The notes under the pieces: generated by a model | What the model was told of the DNA's origin: nothing | Databases searched by the model: none | What the model saw: only the letters and a program-made list of their open reading frames with translations | From: Paludibacteraceae bacterium | Lineage (GTDB): Bacteria; Bacteroidota; Bacteroidia; Bacteroidales; Paludibacteraceae | Length of the DNA stretch: 64,000 nucleotides | NCBI GenBank assembly: GCA_017391905.1 | Contig: JAFOWX010000025.1 | Span: forward strand, 12,943 to 76,942 | Reading direction: 5' to 3' | Position numbers and translations under genes: made by a program | Part shown: positions 46,166 to 55,388 of the stretch, one piece after another | Numbering within the stretch: the stretch's first letter is position 1 | How the letters are laid out: each line of letters begins with the position of its first letter

Positions 46166-46627
46166 ATGCCATCACTAATCGGAAATATCGATGCTAAAGT
46201 GGACGCCAAAGGCAGGGCTTTTTTGCCTGCTGCGTTTCGTCGTGCATTAGACGACGCCAAGGTGTTTTACATCCGAAAAGGATTGTTTGAAAACTGCCTT
46301 GTTTTGTATCCCGAAACCGCCTGGGAAGCTACCATAGGCGAATTACGCGCCCAGCTTAGCCCATGGGTAAGAGAAGAAGACATGATTTTTAGGCAATTTG
46401 TAGCAGAAGCAGACCGCATTGAATTGGAAGAAAACGGCCGCATGCTTATTCCCAAACGCTACCTAAACGCCACCGGCATTGCTTCTGAAATTCGTTTCAT
46501 TGGCCGCGACAGCGTGATTGAAATCTGGGCCGCGGGACAGGTTGAAAACACCTTCCTTGACACCCAATCTTTTGCCTCAAAAATGGAAAGTTTAATGAAA
46601 AAATCGCGCAGCAACAACGAAATATAA
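46166..46627 (+). CDS. mraZ: division/cell-wall cluster transcriptional regulator MraZ
   Basis: Start chosen at MPSLIGNIDAKVDAKGRAFLPAAFRR. The second half-repeat is LEENGRMLIPKRY. Confidence 0.9.
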   Translation: MPSLIGNIDAKVDAKGRAFLPAAFRRALDDAKVFYIRKGLFENCLVLYPETAWEATIGELRAQLSPWVREEDMIFRQFVAEADRIELEENGRMLIPKRYLNATGIASEIRFIGRDSVIEIWAAGQVENTFLDTQSFASKMESLMKKSRSNNEI

Positions 46628-46693
46628 AACGCGAACATTAAACATAAACTATTACACACCAAAACATTCGCAACTATTATCTAAACAAGACAC

Positions 46694-47596
46694 ATGGAGC
46701 AAACCTACCACATACCCGTATTGCTTATGGAAAGTATGACCGGATTGGACATACAACCAGGCGGAACGTACGTTGACGTAACCTTTGGTGGTGGCGGACA
46801 TTCCAAAGAAATTTTGTCTCGTTTAGGCGCAGAAGGTTCGCTATACGGATTTGACCAAGACAAAGACGCACAACAAAACATTCCTTCGGATAACCGTTTT
46901 CAATTTGTTTGGTCCAATTTTAGGTACATTACCAACTTTATGCGCTACCACAACGTACAAGGCGTGGACGGCATTTTGGCCGATTTAGGCGTTTCGTCAC
47001 ACCACTTTGACGAGGCAGAACGTGGTTTCTCGTTTCGTTTTGACGGGCAGTTGGACATGCGCATGAACCAATCGGCACCCCTAACCGCCCAACAGGTTTT
47101 AAACACCTATAGCGAAGAAGCGTTAGCCGATGTTTTTTACTATTACGGCGAACTTTCGGCCGCACGTAAAATAGCCAAAGCCATTGTAAAAGAAAGAGCG
47201 CAAACTCCTTTTACCAGCATTTTTCAGTTTGTAAACTTTATCCAACCCTTTTTGGGCAGGGATTCCAAAAAACAATTGGCTCCTGTGTTTCAGGCCTTGC
47301 GCATAGAGGTAAACCAAGAAATGGAAGCGCTAAAAGAAATGTTGCAAGGAGCGCTTCAAGTATTAAAACCGGGCGGACGTTTGGTAGTGATTACCTATCA
47401 TTCGTTAGAAGACAGGCTGGTAAAAAACTTTTTTAAAACAGGCAATTTTGAAGGGAAACAAGACAAAGACTTTTTTGGAAAAGTACACACGCCCTTTAAA
47501 CTCATAAACAGACAGGTTATTATACCCTCTGCCCAAGAAATAGAAAGTAACCCACGAGCCAGAAGTGCCAAATTACGCATTGCCGAAAAAATATGA
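46694..47596 (+). CDS. rsmH: 16S rRNA (cytosine1402-N4)-methyltransferase RsmH
   Basis: HIPVLL, DVTFGGGGHS, DLGVSSHHFD and ITYHSLEDR. Confidence 0.95.
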   Translation: MEQTYHIPVLLMESMTGLDIQPGGTYVDVTFGGGGHSKEILSRLGAEGSLYGFDQDKDAQQNIPSDNRFQFVWSNFRYITNFMRYHNVQGVDGILADLGVSSHHFDEAERGFSFRFDGQLDMRMNQSAPLTAQQVLNTYSEEALADVFYYYGELSAARKIAKAIVKERAQTPFTSIFQFVNFIQPFLGRDSKKQLAPVFQALRIEVNQEMEALKEMLQGALQVLKPGGRLVVITYHSLEDRLVKNFFKTGNFEGKQDKDFFGKVHTPFKLINRQVIIPSAQEIESNPRARSAKLRIAEKI

Positions 47597-47961
47597 GCAA
47601 CAACAAAGAACATAGCAACCCCATACGCAAAAGCAACATCGGCAACTTTCTCAAAGAAATTTTAACCGGTGAGTTCTTTAGCAATCGCTTCTTGTTAAAA
47701 CAAACAGGAGTGATTGTTTTTGCTGTAGTATTGGCCTTTATTTACATGAACAACCGCATGATTTGCGAACAATCTTTTAAAGAGATTGACCAATTGCGAA
47801 AAACCTTGGCAAACGAAAAGTACATTGCCATGATAACCGAATCGCAGCTATTGCACATAAGCCGCATAGGCACCATACAAGAGTTGGTTAAAAGCAAACA
47901 ACTCAATTTGATTGAAGAGAACAAACCTGCATATCGCCTTAAAATGACCAAAGAAGAATGA
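47593..47961 (+). CDS. ftsL: FtsL-like cell division protein
   Basis: 122 aa with a single TM helix and a coiled coil. It lies between rsmH and ftsI, with ATGA overlaps at both ends. Confidence 0.7.
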   Translation: MSNNKEHSNPIRKSNIGNFLKEILTGEFFSNRFLLKQTGVIVFAVVLAFIYMNNRMICEQSFKEIDQLRKTLANEKYIAMITESQLLHISRIGTIQELVKSKQLNLIEENKPAYRLKMTKEE

Positions 47962-50075
47962 ATTGGATTCCGTACACATGGGTTATCTTATACCTTGCGT
48001 TGGTGGTAGTGGTATTTCTATTGGCCACCCTACGCAAAGACAAAAGACTGCCTGCCGAAGCAAGCAAGCCTTTTGTACGCCGATTCTTTTTTATTTACAT
48101 GCTCATTACCCTCTTTTTTGCCGCCATTATCTATAAAATGGTGGATATTCAGTATGTACAAGGCGATGCGTTAAGGTCTTTGTCTAAAGTTCACTTTCCA
48201 AAAGCCGACACCATTGCTGCCAAACGCGGTAACATTTTATCGGACGACGGTCGCTTGCTTTCCAGCTCCATTCCCTACTATTACCTCTACCTTGACACAC
48301 GCGTAGAGGCACTTAGACAAGTGGACAAAAAAACAGGCAAAACCTATTTTGATACCCACGTAGGCGATTTGGCAAAAGCCATGGCCCATAAATTTGGCGG
48401 AAGTGCCAAACAATACGAAAAAGACTTACGCAAGGCATACAAACAGCGCAAATCTGCGTATCGTTTATACCCCAAAGCCGTTTCGCACCTCGATTTGTTG
48501 GAAATAAAACAATTCCCCATCCTAAAAAGAGGTGCTATACAAGGTGGCTTTAGCGCACAAGAACGTATTATCCGCGAAAGACCTTACGGCACATTGGCTT
48601 CGCGTACCATTGGAGGTATTTACGGCATTGAGGGCCGAGGTAAAAACGGTTTGGAAATGGCGTACGACAGCCTGCTTCGTGGCACAGAAGGGTTAGCCAT
48701 TAGACGCAAACAAGCCGGCAGAAGCGTGCAAATCATTACCAAAGAACCGCAAGACGGCATGGACGTGGTTAGTACCATTAACATTGACATCCAAGAGGTT
48801 GCCGAAAGAGCTTTGCGCGAAAGGCTTACTTGGAGCGGTAGCGAAAGAGGTTGCGTGGTGCTGATGGAAGTGGAAACCGGCAAGGTAAAAGCCATTTCTA
48901 ACTTGCAATGGAACGCTGCCACCAAACAATACGAAGAAACCCAAAACATTGCTGTTGCCAGCCAGATAGAACCCGGTTCTACCTTTAAAACCATGTCGTT
49001 TATGGTGGCCATGGAAGACGGTTACATAGACTCCACCACCATGGTAAACACCTTAGACGGTAAAATGATGTTTGCCGGCCGCTGGATGCGCGACCACAAC
49101 GGAAGGGGTTTTGGTATTGCTTCGGTGCCTACCGTTATGCACCAATCGTCTAACGTAGGTGTTTCGGCACTTATTGTGGAACATTACGGCAAAAACCCCA
49201 AAAAATTTGTGCAAGGTATTCACAAATTAGGCATTACCAAACCCATCAAATTGGAGATTCCGGGACACGGCCGAGTGGTACTTAAAAAACCGGGCGAAAC
49301 CAATTGGTACGGCACTACCCTACCTTGGATGTCTATTGGCTACGAATCTAACGTACCACCCATTTACACCTTGATGTTGTACAACGCCATTGCCAACAAC
49401 GGTGTAATGGTTAAACCGCTGTTTACCGAAAGAATTTTAAAAGACGGCAAAACCTACCGCGAAACCCAAGTAGAGGTTATCAACCCCAAAATAGCTTCGG
49501 ACAAAACATTGGGACAAATGCGTGGCATCTTAGAGGGCGTGGTAAAATACGGCACTGCCAAAAGGATGCAATCGCCCCTGTTTAATTCGGCAGGCAAAAC
49601 CGGTACCTCGCAAATTTTTGAGGGTGGCTCTAAAAAAGACAAAGAAGGTAGGACACGCTTGCAGGTTACATTTTGCGGGTATTTTCCGGCCGAAAACCCC
49701 AAATATTCGTGCATCGTGTATGCGCGCGACCCCAAACAAGGTGGTACAGGCAATATTTGTGGCGAAGTGTACAAACAAGTGGCCGAAAAAGCCTATATAC
49801 TATACACACAACAACAAGACAGCATTACCCAAACGCTTTGGAACATAGACTTGGCAAAAGACACCCGTGTTACCAAAGAGGATTTGGACACCATAGATAC
49901 CAACAAATTGCCCAACTTAACCGGTTGGAGCATTGACAAGGCGCTTTACGTTTTGGAAAACGAAGGCATCGAAGTAAAAAGATCGGGATTTGGATTGGTA
50001 CAAACACAATCGGTAAACCCCGGTACACCCATAGATCAAATTTCGAGCATAACCTTAACTTGCCAAGAACCATGA
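47958..50075 (+). CDS. ftsI: penicillin-binding protein 3 / FtsI transpeptidase
   Basis: TM anchor, then the STFK, SSN and KTGT motifs. Confidence 0.92.
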   Translation: MNWIPYTWVILYLALVVVVFLLATLRKDKRLPAEASKPFVRRFFFIYMLITLFFAAIIYKMVDIQYVQGDALRSLSKVHFPKADTIAAKRGNILSDDGRLLSSSIPYYYLYLDTRVEALRQVDKKTGKTYFDTHVGDLAKAMAHKFGGSAKQYEKDLRKAYKQRKSAYRLYPKAVSHLDLLEIKQFPILKRGAIQGGFSAQERIIRERPYGTLASRTIGGIYGIEGRGKNGLEMAYDSLLRGTEGLAIRRKQAGRSVQIITKEPQDGMDVVSTINIDIQEVAERALRERLTWSGSERGCVVLMEVETGKVKAISNLQWNAATKQYEETQNIAVASQIEPGSTFKTMSFMVAMEDGYIDSTTMVNTLDGKMMFAGRWMRDHNGRGFGIASVPTVMHQSSNVGVSALIVEHYGKNPKKFVQGIHKLGITKPIKLEIPGHGRVVLKKPGETNWYGTTLPWMSIGYESNVPPIYTLMLYNAIANNGVMVKPLFTERILKDGKTYRETQVEVINPKIASDKTLGQMRGILEGVVKYGTAKRMQSPLFNSAGKTGTSQIFEGGSKKDKEGRTRLQVTFCGYFPAENPKYSCIVYARDPKQGGTGNICGEVYKQVAEKAYILYTQQQDSITQTLWNIDLAKDTRVTKEDLDTIDTNKLPNLTGWSIDKALYVLENEGIEVKRSGFGLVQTQSVNPGTPIDQISSITLTCQEP

Positions 50076-51520
50076 AACTATACGAACTTTTAGATTACGT
50101 ACCTTATAAAACCTGCATCGGTAACGACCGCGTTACCGTAAACAGCATTACTGCCAACTCTAAGCAAGTAACACCCAATGCAATATTTGTTGCCGTTAAA
50201 GGCACACAGGCAGACGGACACGCTTACATAGAAAACGCCATAAACCAGGGCGCAAGCGTGGTGGTATGCCAACAACTGCCCCACAACAGACCTCAAGACG
50301 TTACCTTTTTGCACGTTGAAGATAGCCAAGAGGCATTGGGCAATTTGGCAGCAGCGTTTTATGGCTATCCATCGGAAAAAATGATTATGGTAGGCGTTAC
50401 AGGCACCAACGGCAAAACCACCGTTGCCACCTTGCTTTACCAACTGTTTAGAAAATTAGGTCACAAGGTAGGATTGCTTTCTACCGTGTGCAATTACATA
50501 GACGACAAACCTGTTGCCAGCACGCATACTACACCAGATGCAGTGCAACTACACGCTCTTTTGGCGCAAATGGCAGACGCAGGTTGCAGGTATGCGTTTA
50601 TGGAAGTAAGTTCGCACGCCATAGACCAAAAACGCATTGCCGGCATTTGTTTTGACGGCGGTATTTTTACCAACCTAACGCGCGACCACTTGGACTACCA
50701 CAAAACGTTCCAAGGCTACCTAAACGCCAAAAAAGCCTTTTTTGACACCTTGCCGGCACACGCTTTTGCGCTTACCAACGCAGACGACAAAAACGGCAAA
50801 ATAATGACACAAAACACGCAAGCCAATGTGTACACCTACTCTACCCTAAGCCCAGCCGACTTTAAAGGTAAAGTATTGGAACAAAGCATAGAAGGCATGC
50901 TCATGAACATAAACACCAAAGAGGTGGCAGTACAATTGGTGGGAGGCTACAATGCCCAAAACCTATTGGCCGTATATGGCGCTGCCTTTTTATTACACAA
51001 TAATGCCGAAGAAATTTTGCGCATCATGAGCGGTTTGAAACCCGTGGCAGGGCGTTTGGATACCATTTATTCGGACAAAGGCATTACCGCAGTAGTGGAC
51101 TATGCGCACACACCGGATGCCGTAGCTAACACCTTGAGCACCTTGCAAAAAATAAACAAAGGTGGCAAGCTGATTACCGTTATAGGCTGTGGTGGTAACC
51201 GCGACAAAGGCAAACGCCCCGAAATGGCCCGATTGGCTTACAAGGGTAGTAACTTACTGATTATCACGTCAGACAATCCTCGTTTTGAAAAACCGGGCGA
51301 CATTATCAACGACATGATGCAAGGTCTTTCTGAGCAAGAGCAAGACGAGGTACTTTGCATTGAAAACCGCGAGCAAGCCATTAAAACTGCCGTTAAAATG
51401 GCCAAAGCAGGCGACCTTGTTTTTGTAGCCGGCAAAGGACACGAAAATTACCAAGAAATAGAAGGAGTGAAACACCCCTTTAACGACAAAGAGCTATTAC
51501 AAACCTTACTAAACCGTTAA
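50072..51520 (+). CDS. murE: UDP-N-acetylmuramoyl-tripeptide synthetase MurE
   Basis: The first ATG overlaps the ftsI stop (ATGA). Motifs are GVTGTNGKTT and DNPR. Confidence 0.93.
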   Translation: MKLYELLDYVPYKTCIGNDRVTVNSITANSKQVTPNAIFVAVKGTQADGHAYIENAINQGASVVVCQQLPHNRPQDVTFLHVEDSQEALGNLAAAFYGYPSEKMIMVGVTGTNGKTTVATLLYQLFRKLGHKVGLLSTVCNYIDDKPVASTHTTPDAVQLHALLAQMADAGCRYAFMEVSSHAIDQKRIAGICFDGGIFTNLTRDHLDYHKTFQGYLNAKKAFFDTLPAHAFALTNADDKNGKIMTQNTQANVYTYSTLSPADFKGKVLEQSIEGMLMNINTKEVAVQLVGGYNAQNLLAVYGAAFLLHNNAEEILRIMSGLKPVAGRLDTIYSDKGITAVVDYAHTPDAVANTLSTLQKINKGGKLITVIGCGGNRDKGKRPEMARLAYKGSNLLIITSDNPRFEKPGDIINDMMQGLSEQEQDEVLCIENREQAIKTAVKMAKAGDLVFVAGKGHENYQEIEGVKHPFNDKELLQTLLNR

Positions 51521-51526
51521 TATACC

Positions 51527-52768
51527 ATGCTTTACTATTTGTTTCGCTATTTAGACACTGCGTTCGACTTTCCGGGAGCCGGATTGTTTAACTACATCTC
51601 GTTTAGGGCAGCCATTACCCTGATTACCTCGCTGTTTTTATCCATGATTGTAGGCAAACGCATCATCAAACTATTGCAAAAGAAACAAATTGGCGAAGAA
51701 ATCAGGGCATTGGGCTTGGCAGGACAAGAAAGCAAAAAAGGCACACCTACCATGGGTGGTATCATTATCCTCATTGCCATTATTGTACCTTGCTTGCTGT
51801 TTGGCCGATTAGGCAATATCTACTTGCAACTTATGCTCTTTACCACGTTTTGGTTGGGCGCACTTGGTTTTTGCGACGATTACATAAAAGTATTTAAGAA
51901 AAACAAAGAAGGCATACCCGGCAAGGCCAAACTTGCAGGACAAATTGTTTTGGGTCTTATTGTGGGTTGCACCCTGTTCTATCACCCCTCGGCTGTGGTA
52001 GTAGAACAAGTAACCGACAACAACAGGCAAGTATTGGAACAAATAGAAAACGACCCCATTAGCACCAACATCGTAGCAAAAAGCATCAAATCTACCCAAA
52101 CCACCATTCCGTTTTATTCGGGACATAACTTAGACTACGCAGACCTATTTACCTTTGCTGGTCAGCATGCCGAAACCTTGGCGTGGATTTTCTTTATCTT
52201 GCTAACGGTATTTATTGTAATGGCAACCTCTAACGGCGCCAACCTAACAGACGGTTTAGATGGCTTAGCGGCAGGTACATCCAGTATCATAGGCGTTGCC
52301 ATGGCGTTTTTGGCATACGTATCCAGCCACGTGTTCTTTTCGGACTACTTGGACATTATGTTTATTCCGCACAGCCAAGAATTGGTAGTATATGCAGCCG
52401 CCTTTATTGGAGCAACCGTAGGCTTTTTATGGTACAATACCTACCCTGCCCAAGTATTTATGGGCGACACCGGTAGTTTGGCATTGGGCGGTATTATTGG
52501 CGTGTTTGCCATTTTGATTCACAAAGAATTGTTGTTGCCCTTTTTATGCGGTATCTTCTTAATGGAAAACCTTTCGGTTATTATCCAAACCACTTATTTT
52601 AAACATACCAAACGAAAATACGGCGAAGGCAGACGCGTGTTCTTAATGGCACCGCTTCACCACCATTTTCAGAAAAAAGGCATACACGAAGTAAAAATTG
52701 TTACCCGATTTTGGATTATTGGCATTGCATTAGCCATATTTACCATACTAACCTTAAAAATCCGTTAA
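51527..52768 (+). CDS. mraY: phospho-N-acetylmuramoyl-pentapeptide transferase MraY
   Basis: KKGTPTMGG, NLTDGLDGLA, MGDTGSLALGG and APLHHHF. Confidence 0.96.
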   Translation: MLYYLFRYLDTAFDFPGAGLFNYISFRAAITLITSLFLSMIVGKRIIKLLQKKQIGEEIRALGLAGQESKKGTPTMGGIIILIAIIVPCLLFGRLGNIYLQLMLFTTFWLGALGFCDDYIKVFKKNKEGIPGKAKLAGQIVLGLIVGCTLFYHPSAVVVEQVTDNNRQVLEQIENDPISTNIVAKSIKSTQTTIPFYSGHNLDYADLFTFAGQHAETLAWIFFILLTVFIVMATSNGANLTDGLDGLAAGTSSIIGVAMAFLAYVSSHVFFSDYLDIMFIPHSQELVVYAAAFIGATVGFLWYNTYPAQVFMGDTGSLALGGIIGVFAILIHKELLLPFLCGIFLMENLSVIIQTTYFKHTKRKYGEGRRVFLMAPLHHHFQKKGIHEVKIVTRFWIIGIALAIFTILTLKIR

Positions 52769-52769
52769 T

Positions 52770-54107
52770 ATGAGCAAGTACGTAGTTGTATTAGGAGGTG
52801 GCGAGAGCGGCACAGGTGCTGCTATCTTAGCCAAAGTAAAAGGGTTACAAGTATTTTTGTCGGACGCAGGCACCATTCCTGCCCGCTACAAAGAAATGCT
52901 TGATCAGTACCAAATTGAATGGGAAGAAAACGGCCATACCCCCCAGCGCATATTAAACGCAGACGAGGTTATCAAAAGCCCGGGCATACCCAACAAAGCC
53001 ACATTGGTGCAACAGCTAAAAGCATTGGGCACTCCCATTATATCCGAAATTGAATTTGCAGGCAGATACAACACAGCCAAAACGGTGTGCATTACCGGTA
53101 GCAACGGCAAAACAACTACCACCATGCTAACCTACCAAATGCTAAAAGACGCCGGTTTAAACGTAGGTTTGGCAGGTAACGTGGGCAAAAGCTTTGCCTA
53201 TCAAGTAGCCACCCAACAATACGATTACTACGTTATTGAGTTAAGTAGCTTTCAGTTGGACAACATGTACGAATTTAAGGCGGACATCAGCGTGCTGTTA
53301 AACATTACACCAGACCACTTAGACCGCTACGAATACAAATTCCAAAACTACGTGGACGCCAAAATGCGCATTACCCAAAACCAAACAGAAGACGATGTGT
53401 TTATTTATTGGAACGATGACGCAGCCATCCAAAAAGAAATGGAAAAAATTGCCATCAAGGCACAAAAGAAACCATTCTCCATTACCTCTAAACCAACGGG
53501 TGGTGCGTTTATGCACATGGATAAATTGTGGGTAGATACCATAAACGGCACGTTGGAAATGGAAATTAGCGAATTGGGTATTCGCGGCCAACACAACCTG
53601 TACAATTCCATGGCAGCAGCTCTTTCGGCAGCCTCTATCAATATCCAAAAAGAATCCATTAGAAACTCGTTGCGCACCTTTGACGGCGTTGAACACCGTT
53701 TGGAAGCTGCCGGCAAGGTTCGTGGTGTAGAATACATCAACGACTCCAAAGCCACCAACGTAAACTCTTGTTGGTATGCCTTGGAAAGCATGCGTACCCC
53801 TGTAGTGCTTATTTTAGGCGGTACAGACAAGGGCAACGATTACAACGAAATTAAAGACCTTGTAAAAGAAAAAGTACACACCCTCATTTTTATGGGGGCT
53901 GACAACAGCAAATTGGAAAACTTTTTTGCCCCCATGGGTATTCCTTATTTTAGCACACACTCCATGGAAGAAGCTGTAAAAACCGCCTACAACAACGCCA
54001 AAGTAGGCGACACGGTATTGCTTTCTCCCTGCTGTGCCAGCTTTGACTTGTTTAAAAATTACGAAGACAGAGGCCGTCTGTTTAAAGAAGCTGTAAAAGC
54101 ATTATAG
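52770..54107 (+). CDS. murD: UDP-N-acetylmuramoylalanine-D-glutamate ligase MurD
   Basis: GGGESG, ITGSNGKTTT, GVEHRLE and NDSKATN. Confidence 0.95.
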   Translation: MSKYVVVLGGGESGTGAAILAKVKGLQVFLSDAGTIPARYKEMLDQYQIEWEENGHTPQRILNADEVIKSPGIPNKATLVQQLKALGTPIISEIEFAGRYNTAKTVCITGSNGKTTTTMLTYQMLKDAGLNVGLAGNVGKSFAYQVATQQYDYYVIELSSFQLDNMYEFKADISVLLNITPDHLDRYEYKFQNYVDAKMRITQNQTEDDVFIYWNDDAAIQKEMEKIAIKAQKKPFSITSKPTGGAFMHMDKLWVDTINGTLEMEISELGIRGQHNLYNSMAAALSAASINIQKESIRNSLRTFDGVEHRLEAAGKVRGVEYINDSKATNVNSCWYALESMRTPVVLILGGTDKGNDYNEIKDLVKEKVHTLIFMGADNSKLENFFAPMGIPYFSTHSMEEAVKTAYNNAKVGDTVLLSPCCASFDLFKNYEDRGRLFKEAVKAL

Positions 54108-54108
54108 C

Positions 54109-55368
54109 ATGAAAGAACTATTTAGAAAAATAGTAAAAGGCGATGTGCAACTGTGGGCTACCATACTCACGTTATTTATCGTTTCGGGCATAGTGATGTT
54201 TAGTGCCATTAGTAGTAGTGCGCACCGAAACACTGATTACTTAGCACCGTTTTGGGGGCATATACGCCACCTTGGCTTTGGCCTATTTGTTATGTTGGTG
54301 GTGCATCAGTTTACGTACCGCAACATCAGGTGGTTGCTTTACCTCATTCCATTGCTATCGTTAGTCATGCTCATTGTTGCTCCGTTTATGGGAAACGACG
54401 TAAATGGGGCTGTTCGATCCATAAAAGTCATGGGCTTTGAGATACAATCCATCGAGCTAACCAAATTGGCCATTGTCTTTGTTTTTGCCGAAATATTGGG
54501 CTTGCACAACAACCATGCCAACAAACCCATGAGTTGGAAAACCTTTGGGTACATTACCGGTATCTTGGCCGTTTTTTGCGGCTTGGTATTTACGCAAAAC
54601 ATATCCACCATGGTGATGATTTTTGGGTTAGCCGTATTGATGATGTACATTGGCAACGTACCACTAAAATACATTGGTACGTTGTGTGGCAGCACCTTAG
54701 CCATTGGTATCATTGCCATTGGCACCCTGTTGCTGATAAGCAACTATTCGGACACTAAACTGCCCGGACGTATGGGAACTGCCGTTAAACGTATAGAACG
54801 TTTTATAAATCCCGAAGACAAAGACCCCAACGCCCCCATTGTGATTAACGACGAGAACAGACAAATTATCAATTCAAAAATAGCCATTGCCAATGGCATC
54901 CGTTTTGTAGGACCGGGTAATAGCGTACAGCGCGACTACTTATCGTTGGCATTTTCGGATTTTGTTTATGCCATTATCATTGAAGAATACACCATAGCAG
55001 GTGGTATCTTTATCATATTGTTGTACATTATTATCCTTGCCCGAGCCGGAAAAATAGCCCGAAGATGCGCCGCTAACGAAACATCCGAGAGCCTGTTTGT
55101 GATTGGTTTCTCCATACTCATTGTGATGCAAGCCTTTATCAACATGGCGGTTTCGTGCGAATTATTTCCTGTTACAGGCCAAACACTCCCCCTTATTAGC
55201 CGGGGTGGTATGTCTATTTTGATAACCTGTTTTGGATTTGGCCTTATATTAGGCATTAGCGCCCAAAACGAAGAAAGAATGGCATTGGAGCAACAACAAG
55301 CCGCAGAAGCAGCAGCAACAGAGGAGCAAGAAACTCCCACAGAAAACGCGGCTACCCCTATTCAATAA
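54109..55368 (+). CDS. ftsW: FtsW/RodA (SEDS) family lipid II flippase/polymerase
   Basis: About 10 TM segments, a PVTGQTLPLISRGG motif, and its position in the dcw cluster. Confidence 0.9.
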   Translation: MKELFRKIVKGDVQLWATILTLFIVSGIVMFSAISSSAHRNTDYLAPFWGHIRHLGFGLFVMLVVHQFTYRNIRWLLYLIPLLSLVMLIVAPFMGNDVNGAVRSIKVMGFEIQSIELTKLAIVFVFAEILGLHNNHANKPMSWKTFGYITGILAVFCGLVFTQNISTMVMIFGLAVLMMYIGNVPLKYIGTLCGSTLAIGIIAIGTLLLISNYSDTKLPGRMGTAVKRIERFINPEDKDPNAPIVINDENRQIINSKIAIANGIRFVGPGNSVQRDYLSLAFSDFVYAIIIEEYTIAGGIFIILLYIIILARAGKIARRCAANETSESLFVIGFSILIVMQAFINMAVSCELFPVTGQTLPLISRGGMSILITCFGFGLILGISAQNEERMALEQQQAAEAAATEEQETPTENAATPIQ

Positions 55369-55388
55369 CAAACAAACACACAAGCAAT